Assembly (NCBI GenBank): GCA_041659405.1
Contig: JBAZYK010000007.1
Location: forward strand, 30,001 to 62,000
DNA from: Candidatus Altimarinota bacterium
GTDB taxonomy: Bacteria > Patescibacteriota > Gracilibacteria > UBA1369
DNA: 32,000 nt
Direction of reading: 5' to 3'
The position numbers and the translations under genes were made by a program. Positions 8,905 to 18,377 of this stretch are shown piece after piece (position 1 is the stretch's first letter; every line of letters begins with the position of its first letter). The notes under the pieces were generated by a model that did not search any database, was not told the origin of the DNA, and saw nothing but the letters and a program-made list of their open reading frames with translations.

Positions 8905-9122
8905 CGGTCAAAATCTAAAAGGGGCATTTAAATAGCAATAGTCTTAACGAGCAAAGTTAATGAAAAATTCTGAGATATCTCCAATTTGTTTTAAGTCTTT
9001 GGAAACTATCAATCGGGCATGTGCCGACAGTTTAAAGCTGTCAGTAAGCCATAACTTCAGCTAAGACCGGATCTACTTCAATGCAATTCACCCTTTTAGA
9101 GATATGTTTCTCTAACTTTTTC
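8905..9122 (+). ncRNA. Candidate structured non-coding RNA or rny leader (unassigned; possibly 6S-like in size)
   Basis: Starts just after the promoter. Long-range pairings GTCTTA/TAAGAC, AAGTTAATG/CATAACTT, CGGTC/GACCG; internal hairpin GACAG-TTTAAAG-CTGTC; terminator-like hairpin TTAGAGA-tatgtt-TCTCTAA followed by CTTTTT. Confidence 0.4.
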
Positions 9123-9126
9123 CGAT

Positions 9127-10653
9127 ATGTCATCTACCAGTTTTATTATTCTGATTGTCGCCTTGGTCATTGGCGGCGCGGCCGGTTATTTTTACCGCAA
9201 AAAAGAGACCGAAACCAAAAACAAGGATCTAAATGAAAAGAGTGAACAGGTACTTCAACAGGCCAATGCTAAAGCTAAAGAGGTTTTATTGGAGGCCCGT
9301 AATGAAGCTTTTAAAACTCTTGAAAAGTTCAAGCAGGAAGAAGAAAAAAAGCGCGAACAGATCGAGAAAATTGAAGAGCGTTTGATCAGCAAAGAGGAAG
9401 CTCTTGATCAAAAAAATAATCAGGCGGACAATTTGAAAACTGAGCTTGAAAGCAAGGTAACCGCGGTTAAATCACTTCGTGAAGAGGTTCAAAAAATTCA
9501 TGATATGCAGGGACAGGAATTGCAGAAGATTGCCGGACTTTCCCGTGATGAAGCCAAAACATTGCTCTTTAAACAGGTTGAGGAAGATTACAAGGCTGAT
9601 CTGGTTGTCCACATTCAAAGGTCAGAAAAGGAATTGCAGGATCAGTCCAAGGAACGTGCCAAGTTTATTTTGGCTGATGCGGTTCAAAAGTATGCTGCGG
9701 AAACGGCTACGGAGTCCACAGCTACAGTTGTAACTTTGCCAAGTGATGATCTTAAGGGTCGCATTATTGGCCGTGAAGGTCGTAATATTAATACTTTTGA
9801 AGAAGCTACCGGTATTGATGTAATTGTTGATGATACTCCCGGTTCGATTGTTATTTCCGGGTTTGATTTGGTACGACGTTATATTGCAAAAATCGCTTTG
9901 GAGCGTTTGATTACCGATGGACGTATTCATCCGGCCCGCATTGAAGAAACGGTTCAAAAGGTTAAGGAAGAAGTTAATACCATGATGAAAGAATTGGGTG
10001 AAAAGGCTGCGTATGAAACAAGTGTGGCCGGCTTACATCCAAACTTAATTAAATTATTGGGACGTCTAAAATTCCGCACAAGTTTTGGTCAGAATGTGCT
10101 GAAGCATTCAATGGAAGTTTCTTTTTTGGCTGCCAATTTGGCTTCCGAACTTGGTGCCGATGTGAATGTTTGCCGAAAAGCGGGTTTACTCCATGATATT
10201 GGTAAGGCTGTTGATCACGAAATTCAGGGACATCATGCGCAAATTGGACGTGATATTGCCAAGAAGTTTGGTATGCCCGATGCGGTTGTTCATGCCATTG
10301 AATCGCATCATGGTGATCCGGCTGCGGTTAGTTTGGAAGCAATGATTGTGCAGGCTGCCAATTCCATTGCCAATACCCGTCCGGGGGCTAATAAAGAAAA
10401 TCTGGATTCCTATGTTAAGAGATTGGAAGAAATTGAAAATACCGCCAGCTCGTTTGCAGGGGTTTCCAAGGTTTTTGCCGTTCAGGCAGGCGCGGAAGTG
10501 CGTGTGTTTGTTTCTCCGACAGAGGCGGATGATTTGTCATCGGTGAAGCTTTCTCATGATATTGCCCGCAAGATTGAACGCGATTTACAATACCCAGGCC
10601 AAATTAAGGTTTTGGTGATTCGCGAAACTCGCGCAGAGAAATTTGCGGTGTAG
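9127..10653 (+). CDS. rny: Ribonuclease Y
   Basis: N-terminal TM, coiled coil, KH domain (GRIIGREGRNINTFEEATGIDVIVDDTPGSIVISGFD), HD domain (HSMEVSFLAANLASELG...LLHDIGKAVDHEIQGHHAQIG). Confidence 0.97.
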   Translation: MSSTSFIILIVALVIGGAAGYFYRKKETETKNKDLNEKSEQVLQQANAKAKEVLLEARNEAFKTLEKFKQEEEKKREQIEKIEERLISKEEALDQKNNQADNLKTELESKVTAVKSLREEVQKIHDMQGQELQKIAGLSRDEAKTLLFKQVEEDYKADLVVHIQRSEKELQDQSKERAKFILADAVQKYAAETATESTATVVTLPSDDLKGRIIGREGRNINTFEEATGIDVIVDDTPGSIVISGFDLVRRYIAKIALERLITDGRIHPARIEETVQKVKEEVNTMMKELGEKAAYETSVAGLHPNLIKLLGRLKFRTSFGQNVLKHSMEVSFLAANLASELGADVNVCRKAGLLHDIGKAVDHEIQGHHAQIGRDIAKKFGMPDAVVHAIESHHGDPAAVSLEAMIVQAANSIANTRPGANKENLDSYVKRLEEIENTASSFAGVSKVFAVQAGAEVRVFVSPTEADDLSSVKLSHDIARKIERDLQYPGQIKVLVIRETRAEKFAV

Positions 10654-10657
10654 AGAG

Positions 10658-11326
10658 TTAGGCAGCATTTCTAAGTTTTTGCCTTGTATCTTCAATTTGC
10701 ACACTTATTTCTGGATCTTGTTCACATAACTCTTTGTATTTTCTTTTGAATATTTCTTTCAAATTTGCAGGATTTAATAGTGGAAAATTATCAAGCATTG
10801 TTTCGATGTTGGTATAGCCCAGCCATGCAGCTATTTGTAGAAGACCATCTTGATAGGGTTTTGATATTTTTTTTGCTAGAAAAAGTTGTTTGATGTTTTG
10901 AAAACGCTCAATGTGACCTTTTTCCAACATGTAGATCATCTCTATGAACATTGGGAAATGTTCTTCGGTGACAAGATGATGAACAATTTCATGGATTAGG
11001 AGTGATTGTTGTAGATCTATCTGGTAGGGATCACCTGAGTTAAGGCTTTGTTCAATTTGTTCAACATTAATATCCATATCTAAACCAGCGGTCTGATGCC
11101 GTCCTGTTCTTTTTAATTTAAGTATATTTTTCATTCCGAGCATGGATTTTCTATCAATAATGTTGAGAAGATAGGAGTATCCGCTGCTTAATAACTTTAA
11201 AATCTGTGCATTTAAATTTTCATCAATTGAAATGCTGTTTTCATCATAACTAACGTCGATTTCTTTTCCGGCAACTGGTAAAGAAACTTGAGTTTTTGGT
11301 TTTGTTGAAAGAGATGTAAATTCCAT
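10658..11326 (-). CDS. Uncharacterised protein with HExxH (HEIVH) putative metallopeptidase-like motif
   Basis: DLQQSLLIHEIVHHLVTEEHFPMFIEMIYMLEKG; no family recognised. Confidence 0.55.
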   Translation of the reverse strand: MEFTSLSTKPKTQVSLPVAGKEIDVSYDENSISIDENLNAQILKLLSSGYSYLLNIIDRKSMLGMKNILKLKRTGRHQTAGLDMDINVEQIEQSLNSGDPYQIDLQQSLLIHEIVHHLVTEEHFPMFIEMIYMLEKGHIERFQNIKQLFLAKKISKPYQDGLLQIAAWLGYTNIETMLDNFPLLNPANLKEIFKRKYKELCEQDPEISVQIEDTRQKLRNAA

Positions 11327-11439
11327 GAGATTTCTTAATCAGTCTATTATATCAAAATTATTGAATTTTGTCAGGTCGATAATGCGTGAACTAGCCAAAA
11401 ATTGGCAATTTAAGCCTAAAATAAATGGGGACGTTTAAT

Positions 11440-11466
11440 TTAGCACTTGACGATCTCGGGTGCTAA
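11440..11466. promoter_or_regulatory. CIRCE element (HrcA operator) upstream of groES
   Basis: TTAGCACTT-GACGATCTC-GGGTGCTAA, one deviation per arm from TTAGCACTC-N9-GAGTGCTAA. TTGACG -35-like hexamer overlaps. Confidence 0.82.
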
Positions 11467-11535
11467 ATTTATTATAGGTGGGCCTCTGGTGGAGGATTTC
11501 CATTAAAATATTTATTTCTTAATTTTTAACTTTTT

Positions 11536-11844
11536 ATGACAGACAAAATTTCTGCGAAGATTCGTCCGCTGGAAGACCGCATTGTGGTTGAGGCTGTGAG
11601 CGAAGAAACTAAAACCGTATCCGGAATTATTATTCCTGACACCATTTCCAAAGATAAACCTCAAAGAGGAAAAGTTTTGGCTGTTGGAACAGGCAGAATC
11701 GACAACAATGGCAAGCACATCCCAATGGAAGTAAAAGAAGGGGACATCATTCTTTTTACAAAATACGGCCCAACCGAAGTAAAAGTAGAAGGCAAAGCAC
11801 TCCTAATCTTAAACCAATCCGACGTTTTGGCCGTCATCGACTAA
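11536..11844 (+). CDS. groES: Co-chaperonin GroES
   Basis: IRPLEDRIVVEAVSEETKTVSGIIIPDTISKDKPQRGKVLAVGTG...GDIILFTKYGPTEVKVEGKALLILNQSDVLAVI. Confidence 0.97.
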   Translation: MTDKISAKIRPLEDRIVVEAVSEETKTVSGIIIPDTISKDKPQRGKVLAVGTGRIDNNGKHIPMEVKEGDIILFTKYGPTEVKVEGKALLILNQSDVLAVID

Positions 11845-11866
11845 ATAAATTAAAAATTTAAGGTCT

Positions 11867-11946
11867 GGTTCGGGTTTTGCCATGTTACCTGAACACATCC
11901 GGGGTAGGGGCCCTGTGTGTGAAGGGAATATGGCAAAATCCGAACC
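11867..11946 (+). ncRNA. 80-nt structured RNA motif (copy A) in the groES-groL gap
   Basis: 17-bp outer stem GGTTCGGGTTTTGCCAT/ATGGCAAAATCCGAACC (one G-U), inner ACACA/TGTGT-type stem, loop CCGGGGTAGGGGCCC, 3' GAAGGG. Shares layout and sequence with copy B at 16392-16472. Confidence 0.65.
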
Positions 11947-11992
11947 AATCAATCCACCAATTATTCATTTCTAATTATTAATTCTTAATTGA

Positions 11993-13648
<1,656 letters not shown>

Positions 13649-13656
13649 GCGCTTCG

Positions 13657-13715
13657 GTCTTTGGGTTAAACACACGGTCCTCGCTCACGCTGCGGGGTGT
13701 GTTTAATCCAAAGAC
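13657..13715. repeat. Long hairpin after groL (19-nt arms, 18/19 paired as Watson-Crick) with a GC-rich loop
   Basis: GTCTTTGGGTTAAACACAC at 13657-13675 and GTGTGTTTAATCCAAAGAC at 13697-13715; loop GGTCCTCGCTCACGCTGCGGG. Confidence 0.75.
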
Positions 13716-13755
13716 GCTCCGCTTTTTGTTTGTTCGAAGAAAGAAGCCACTGAGG

Positions 13756-14208
13756 TTATTTTTGCTGAAAAATGACTTCTTCGTTTCTCTCTTGAAAAGT
13801 AATATCAAAATGTTCAAAGATTCCTTTGCGACCTAAAAGGCATTCGGCCTCTTCTTTTGCGATCAGGACTGGTATTTCAAAATTGTGACCTTCTAGAGTT
13901 AGGGTTAAGTTTGTTTTTTTGGTATGCATGAATGCTAAATTTGCTACCTCTACTTTAATTTCTTCACTTTCGATTTTGTTATATTCCAAGCCTAAAAGCG
14001 CGGCGTAGGAATTCGGAATTACGGTGTAATCTGCACCACTATCTATAAGAAATCTAAAATATCTGGCAGTTTGATTTTGGATCCCCAATTTGGCCATTAA
14101 TTTTGGATAACCCTTGATGTATGGAAATTTAAATTGCAATGTATTGAGAGTGGATCCGGCTAACAAGAAACTCTTTTTTTTCAATATTTGGCATCTTCTT
14201 TTTAGCAT
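13756..14208 (-). CDS. Retropepsin-like aspartic protease domain protein (start uncertain)
   Basis: YFRFLIDSGADYTVIPNSYAALLGL ... FEIPVLIAKEEAECLLGRKGIFEHFDITF: D-S-G active-site motif and ILG-like region. The N-terminal ~25 aa of the ORF overlap the upstream gene. Confidence 0.72.
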   Translation of the reverse strand: MLKRRCQILKKKSFLLAGSTLNTLQFKFPYIKGYPKLMAKLGIQNQTARYFRFLIDSGADYTVIPNSYAALLGLEYNKIESEEIKVEVANLAFMHTKKTNLTLTLEGHNFEIPVLIAKEEAECLLGRKGIFEHFDITFQERNEEVIFQQK

Positions 14209-14326
14209 TTCTCAAGGCAAATATGGCGTTTTTGCCCATGCCGATAATTTTTCCGTTTAAGGAAATTGTGACTTGTCCGGCGTGTTTTTTTTCAAATGCC
14301 GTTGAGATTTTTGGTTCTTTAACCAT
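14129..14326 (-). CDS. Small DUF5678-like protein adjacent to the retropepsin
   Basis: KKHAGQVTISLNGKIIGMGKNAIFALRNAKKKMPNIEKKEFLVSRI resembles the short DUF5678 fold consensus. Confidence 0.55.
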   Translation of the reverse strand: MVKEPKISTAFEKKHAGQVTISLNGKIIGMGKNAIFALRNAKKKMPNIEKKEFLVSRIHSQYIAI

Positions 14327-14542
14327 GATTATAGAAAAAGAGGCTTTTGTTGCTGGTAGTCCGATTAAAAAGTATAGATTCTGTTGTACGCTGTCAATAT
14401 ATATGAGATTTGATTAAATATTTCTAAACAGATTATGAAATCTTTATGAAAAAAGGCTGGCTTGAATATGGCATAAGTGCAATTTTTTTTTGTTCTTACT
14501 TTGGTTTTATGCTATATTTTTCGAAGGATTTAATTTTCGCTT

Positions 14543-15052
14543 ATGCCAACTGCTAAAAAAACTTCTTCCAGACGTCCAGCAATGAGAGATATTGCCATTA
14601 ATAAGCCAAAGGAAGAGGATTCTTTTATGGTGCATCGTGTTAATCCAAGAGTTGAAACACGGGTTGAACCTTTGCGTGATAACTCTTATGATCAATTCAA
14701 TCAATCACAGGAATTGGATGATGCCATTGAAGACGCAATGCCTTCCAATGATTTTTTGAATCAGACGGATGATTCGGATGATCAGGGGCCGATGCTTTCA
14801 ACAATCGAACAGGATTCGGAACCAAAAGATTTTGTCAGAGTGAAGTTTTCCAAGTTTGTTCAATTGATTGCAAGCCATGATTTTGATGAAGTTGTGAAAA
14901 ACAGTGGAGAGGAAGATATAGTGTTAAGTTCGAATTTGCTTACAGAACTCGCGGGAACTCATGATGAGCGCGAAGAGAAAAAAGTGCCAATTGTCTTTTT
15001 GATCGGTTTGGCGATCGGCGTTGTCCTCACCTACATTTTATTAACGAAATAA
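14543..15052 (+). CDS. Uncharacterised acidic protein with C-terminal TM anchor
   Basis: ORF immediately upstream of pyrH; hydrophobic C-terminus VPIVFLIGLAIGVVLTYILLTK. Confidence 0.65.
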   Translation: MPTAKKTSSRRPAMRDIAINKPKEEDSFMVHRVNPRVETRVEPLRDNSYDQFNQSQELDDAIEDAMPSNDFLNQTDDSDDQGPMLSTIEQDSEPKDFVRVKFSKFVQLIASHDFDEVVKNSGEEDIVLSSNLLTELAGTHDEREEKKVPIVFLIGLAIGVVLTYILLTK

Positions 15053-15053
15053 C

Positions 15054-15773
15054 ATGGCTACTACAAAGCTTAAATATAAACGGATATTACTTAAATTATC
15101 CGGGGAAATTTTGGAAGGAAAAGAAGGCGGAGTAATCGATTTTAAGGTTTTGGAGGAATTGTGTCGTGAGGTTGCGGATGTAAAAAAACTGGGAGTGGAA
15201 GTTGCGATTGTGATTGGTGGCGGAAATATCTGGCGTTATCGCGATTTTAAGGATTCAAAACTGGATCGTGTGAGTTCGGATTATATGGGAATGTTGGCTA
15301 CAATCATGAATGCGATGGCCATGCAGGATACTTTTACCAGACTTGGGGTGGATGCGCGGGCTCTTTCGGCCATTAGCATGCCGGTTGTGGTTGGAACTTA
15401 TTTGCGTGCCAAAGCCATGGATTATTTAAAACGTGGCAAAGTGGTTATTTGTGCGGGTGGAACCGGAAGTCCTTATTTTACGACTGATTCTGCTGCGGCT
15501 TTGCGGGCTTTGGAACTTGAATGTGATGTGGTTTTGAAGGCGACGAAGGTTGATTATATCTACGACAAAGACCCAATGAAGTATAAGGATGCCAAGAGTT
15601 TTAAGAAACTCACTTATAACGAGGTTTTGGCGCGCGAGTTGCAGGTAATGGATCTTAGTGCGGTTTCTTTGTGTTTAGAGAAAAAATTGCCAATTTTGGT
15701 TTTCAATCTTTATAAAAAGGGTAATATTGCCAGGGCGGTAAAGGGTGACGCGGTGGGAACGCTGATTTCATGA
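15054..15773 (+). CDS. pyrH: UMP kinase
   Basis: YKRILLKLSGEILEG, VAIVIGGGNIWRY, DYMGMLATIMNAMAMQD, CAGGTGSPYFTTDSAAALRA. Confidence 0.97.
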   Translation: MATTKLKYKRILLKLSGEILEGKEGGVIDFKVLEELCREVADVKKLGVEVAIVIGGGNIWRYRDFKDSKLDRVSSDYMGMLATIMNAMAMQDTFTRLGVDARALSAISMPVVVGTYLRAKAMDYLKRGKVVICAGGTGSPYFTTDSAAALRALELECDVVLKATKVDYIYDKDPMKYKDAKSFKKLTYNEVLARELQVMDLSAVSLCLEKKLPILVFNLYKKGNIARAVKGDAVGTLIS

Positions 15774-15819
15774 GGTGTGAAAAAATTCAACAATTAATAA
15801 TTCATAATTTATAATTGAT

Positions 15820-16380
15820 ATGATAACAGATAGTCTACTCCAACAATCCGATGTGGAATTCAAAAAGGTTCTTGAACATTTAAAGACGGAATTTTCCCAT
15901 TTGCAAATTGGGCGTGCAAACGCTTCTATAGTGGAAAGCGTGACGGTTGACGCGTACGGTTCAAGGCAACCTCTTAAAAATTTGGCGAATATTTCGGTTC
16001 CGGATGCAAAGACAATTCAAATTCAACCCTGGGATAAAGGTTTGTTAAAAGCGGTTGAAACCGGCATTCAGTTGGCTCAGCTCAATCTTAATCCAACCAA
16101 TGATGGAATTGTGATTCGTATAAATATTCCACCGTTAACCGAAGAGCGCCGCAAAGATTTAACCAAAATTGTTAACAAGTTGGCTGAGGAAGCTAAAATT
16201 AGCGTTCGTCATCATCGCCAGCAGGCCATGGACAAAATCAAAGCGATGGAAAAAGGTAAAGAGATTACGGAAGATGAAGTAAAAGGATCGGAAAAACGTT
16301 TACAAGACCAGGTTGATAACATTAATAAAGATATTGAATCTCTGGCTAAGCACAAAGAAAAAGACGTTATGACGGTTTAA
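15820..16380 (+). CDS. frr: Ribosome recycling factor
   Basis: LQIGRANASIVESVTVDAYGSRQPLKNLANISVPDAKTIQIQPWD; IRINIPPLTEERRKDLTKIV; VRHHRQQAMDKIK. Confidence 0.97.
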   Translation: MITDSLLQQSDVEFKKVLEHLKTEFSHLQIGRANASIVESVTVDAYGSRQPLKNLANISVPDAKTIQIQPWDKGLLKAVETGIQLAQLNLNPTNDGIVIRINIPPLTEERRKDLTKIVNKLAEEAKISVRHHRQQAMDKIKAMEKGKEITEDEVKGSEKRLQDQVDNINKDIESLAKHKEKDVMTV

Positions 16381-16391
16381 ATAATAACAAA

Positions 16392-16472
16392 AGCTTTCCA
16401 GAGGATAATTCACTGAGAGCACCTGGGGTCTTGGGGGGCCCGTGCTCGAAGGGGATTATTCTCTGGAAAGCT
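16392..16472 (+). ncRNA. 81-nt structured RNA motif (copy B) in the frr-rseP gap
   Basis: 12-bp perfect outer stem AGCTTTCCAGAG/CTCTGGAAAGCT extended by GATAATTC/GGATTATT-type pairs, inner GAGCAC/GTGCTC stem, loop CTGGGGTCTTGGGGGGCCC, 3' GAAGGGG. Alternative hairpin AAGGGG/CCCCTT just before rseP. Confidence 0.65.
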
Positions 16473-16498
16473 CCCCTTTAATATTTAATTAGAACTTA

Positions 16499-18109
16499 AT
16501 GAGTATCTTTCTTACAATCATTGCGTTTATCGTCATTTTTTCGGTTCTGGTTTTAGTGCATGAATTGGGTCATTTTATTGTTGCACGAAAATGTGGCATA
16601 AAAGTTGAGGAGTTCGGATTTGGCATTCCTCCGCGCATTTGGGGCGTAAAGAAAGGCGAAACTTTGTATTCCATTAACGCTATTCCGTTTGGTGGTTTTG
16701 TGAAGTTGCTGGGTGAGGATGCGCATGATTCGAAAATGCTCAAAAATCCGCATAGCTTCAGCAGTAAGTCACTTCGGGCCAGAATGGCGGTGGTGTTGGC
16801 GGGTGTTGTGATGAATTTTGTTTTGGCGTTTTTGCTTTTGACGATTGGTTTTTTGTTTGGAATTCAGCCACTTATTTTGAATGGTGATGATGTCTTGACC
16901 GGTATCCACGATGGCACTATTCAGGTTCAACCCGGGGTTGCCGTTAAAAATGTTAAAGAGGGCAGTGCGGCCCAAATTGCCGGTTTGCAGATTGGTGACT
17001 TGGTTTTATCGGTTGATGGTCATCAAATTACAACCAGTGAGGAAATGGCTAAAATTACGCAATCAATCAAACAACAGGTGGTTGAAGTTCTTCGTGGTGG
17101 GCAGAAAACAACTTTAACTTTGCAGGCAAATCCACAAGGTACAGGTTTTGAAGTTTATGAAATAGCTTTCTTGCCTGCGGTGAAGGTTCATGCCGCGCCT
17201 GCGGATTCGGTTTATTACCAGACCGGTTTACGTGCCGGTGACATTATCCTTAAAATCAATGATAGAGAAATTTTTGCCGTGAGTGATTTTGATAAAGCTG
17301 TTCAGTCTGCGAACGATTTGCGCATGATGATTTCAAGAGATGGCCAGATTGTGAATTTCCAGGTGGCGTTACCGGTAACGCAAAGGGTGGTGGTTAGTGA
17401 CGTTTTTCCTAATACTCCTGCGGAAAAAGCCGGTTTTAAAATTGGTGATGTGATTTCTAAAATTGACGATCAGGTGATTTCTTTTCCGCAACAGTTAATC
17501 GATATAACTCATAAATCAGCCAACAAAAAGCTGACTTATACCTTGTTGCGTGATGATAAAGAGCAAAAAATTGAGGTTACTCCGGACGCGAATGGTTTGG
17601 TTGGGGTTGGACTTTCGGTTTTGGAACCTTATCAAAACAGACAAATCAGTCTTTTTGGGGTTGATAACGTGAATTCGGTCATAAAGATCAATGACGTGCG
17701 TTATCCTTTCTTGACGGCGGCTTCCAAGGCCTTGAGCGAGTCCGGCAGATTGTCCGTGTTAACTGTGCAAATGTTTGGAAATGTGATTGGTTCTTTTGTG
17801 ACTAAATTTACAATTCCGGAAGGCGTTGCGGGTCCGGTTGGAATTGCCCAAATGACCTTTGTTTTTGTGCAGGAGGGGATTATGTCGCTGCTTAGATTTA
17901 TGGCTTTGCTCTCTTTGAGTTTGGCAATCATTAATGTTCTGCCTTTTCCGGCTTTGGATGGTGGCAGACTTTTATTCCTGGTGATTGAAATGATTATTGG
18001 AAGAAGGCTTAGTGCAAGGTATGAAGGCATTATCCACACGATCGGGTTTGTTGTTTTAATGGGATTGATTCTTGCTGTCACCTATAGCGATATTTTAAAA
18101 ATATTTTAG
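16499..18109 (+). CDS. rseP: Site-2 intramembrane metalloprotease (RIP family) with PDZ domains
   Basis: VLVHELGHFIVARKCGIKVEEFGFGIPP (HExxH) and ALSLAIINVLPFPALDGGRLLFLVIE (NxxPxxxLDG); two PDZ-like regions. Confidence 0.95.
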   Translation: MSIFLTIIAFIVIFSVLVLVHELGHFIVARKCGIKVEEFGFGIPPRIWGVKKGETLYSINAIPFGGFVKLLGEDAHDSKMLKNPHSFSSKSLRARMAVVLAGVVMNFVLAFLLLTIGFLFGIQPLILNGDDVLTGIHDGTIQVQPGVAVKNVKEGSAAQIAGLQIGDLVLSVDGHQITTSEEMAKITQSIKQQVVEVLRGGQKTTLTLQANPQGTGFEVYEIAFLPAVKVHAAPADSVYYQTGLRAGDIILKINDREIFAVSDFDKAVQSANDLRMMISRDGQIVNFQVALPVTQRVVVSDVFPNTPAEKAGFKIGDVISKIDDQVISFPQQLIDITHKSANKKLTYTLLRDDKEQKIEVTPDANGLVGVGLSVLEPYQNRQISLFGVDNVNSVIKINDVRYPFLTAASKALSESGRLSVLTVQMFGNVIGSFVTKFTIPEGVAGPVGIAQMTFVFVQEGIMSLLRFMALLSLSLAIINVLPFPALDGGRLLFLVIEMIIGRRLSARYEGIIHTIGFVVLMGLILAVTYSDILKIF

Positions 18110-18204
18110 AAGTCGTTAATAAATTTTGTTGCATGGTGAAGTTTTTTGCTTTGAGGTATCATTGAAGTTTTTGTGGAAACATTTTTAATTATCCATTTGG
18201 ACTC

Positions 18205-18351
18205 AAGAGGTAGTATGTAGTTGGGAGGTAGGCCCTATTGATAGATGGGGGCGGTGGTCGTTAAGATGATCTTGTGAGAAGGGGAAAAAGAACTATACTT
18301 GGTCGCAGGTGGAAAGAGAATTGGGTTCACCTTTCTGTTTCGATTCCTCTT
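18205..18351 (+). ncRNA. Possible structured dnaA leader or ncRNA
   Basis: Long non-coding gap; closing stem AAGAGG (18205-18210)/CCTCTT (18346-18351) followed by a T-rich run. Confidence 0.2.
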
Positions 18352-18377
18352 TTTATTTTTGTTAATTTTTGCTTGCT

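Noticed and set aside
18190-18200. TTATCCATT as a DnaA box marking oriC upstream of dnaA
   Set aside because: Single 7/9 match with no cluster of boxes seen; insufficient to call an origin.
18325-18350. GTTTCGATTCC as a T-loop of a tRNA or tmRNA
   Set aside because: Flanking bases do not form the required 5-bp T stem or an acceptor stem, and there is no CCA end or tag ORF.
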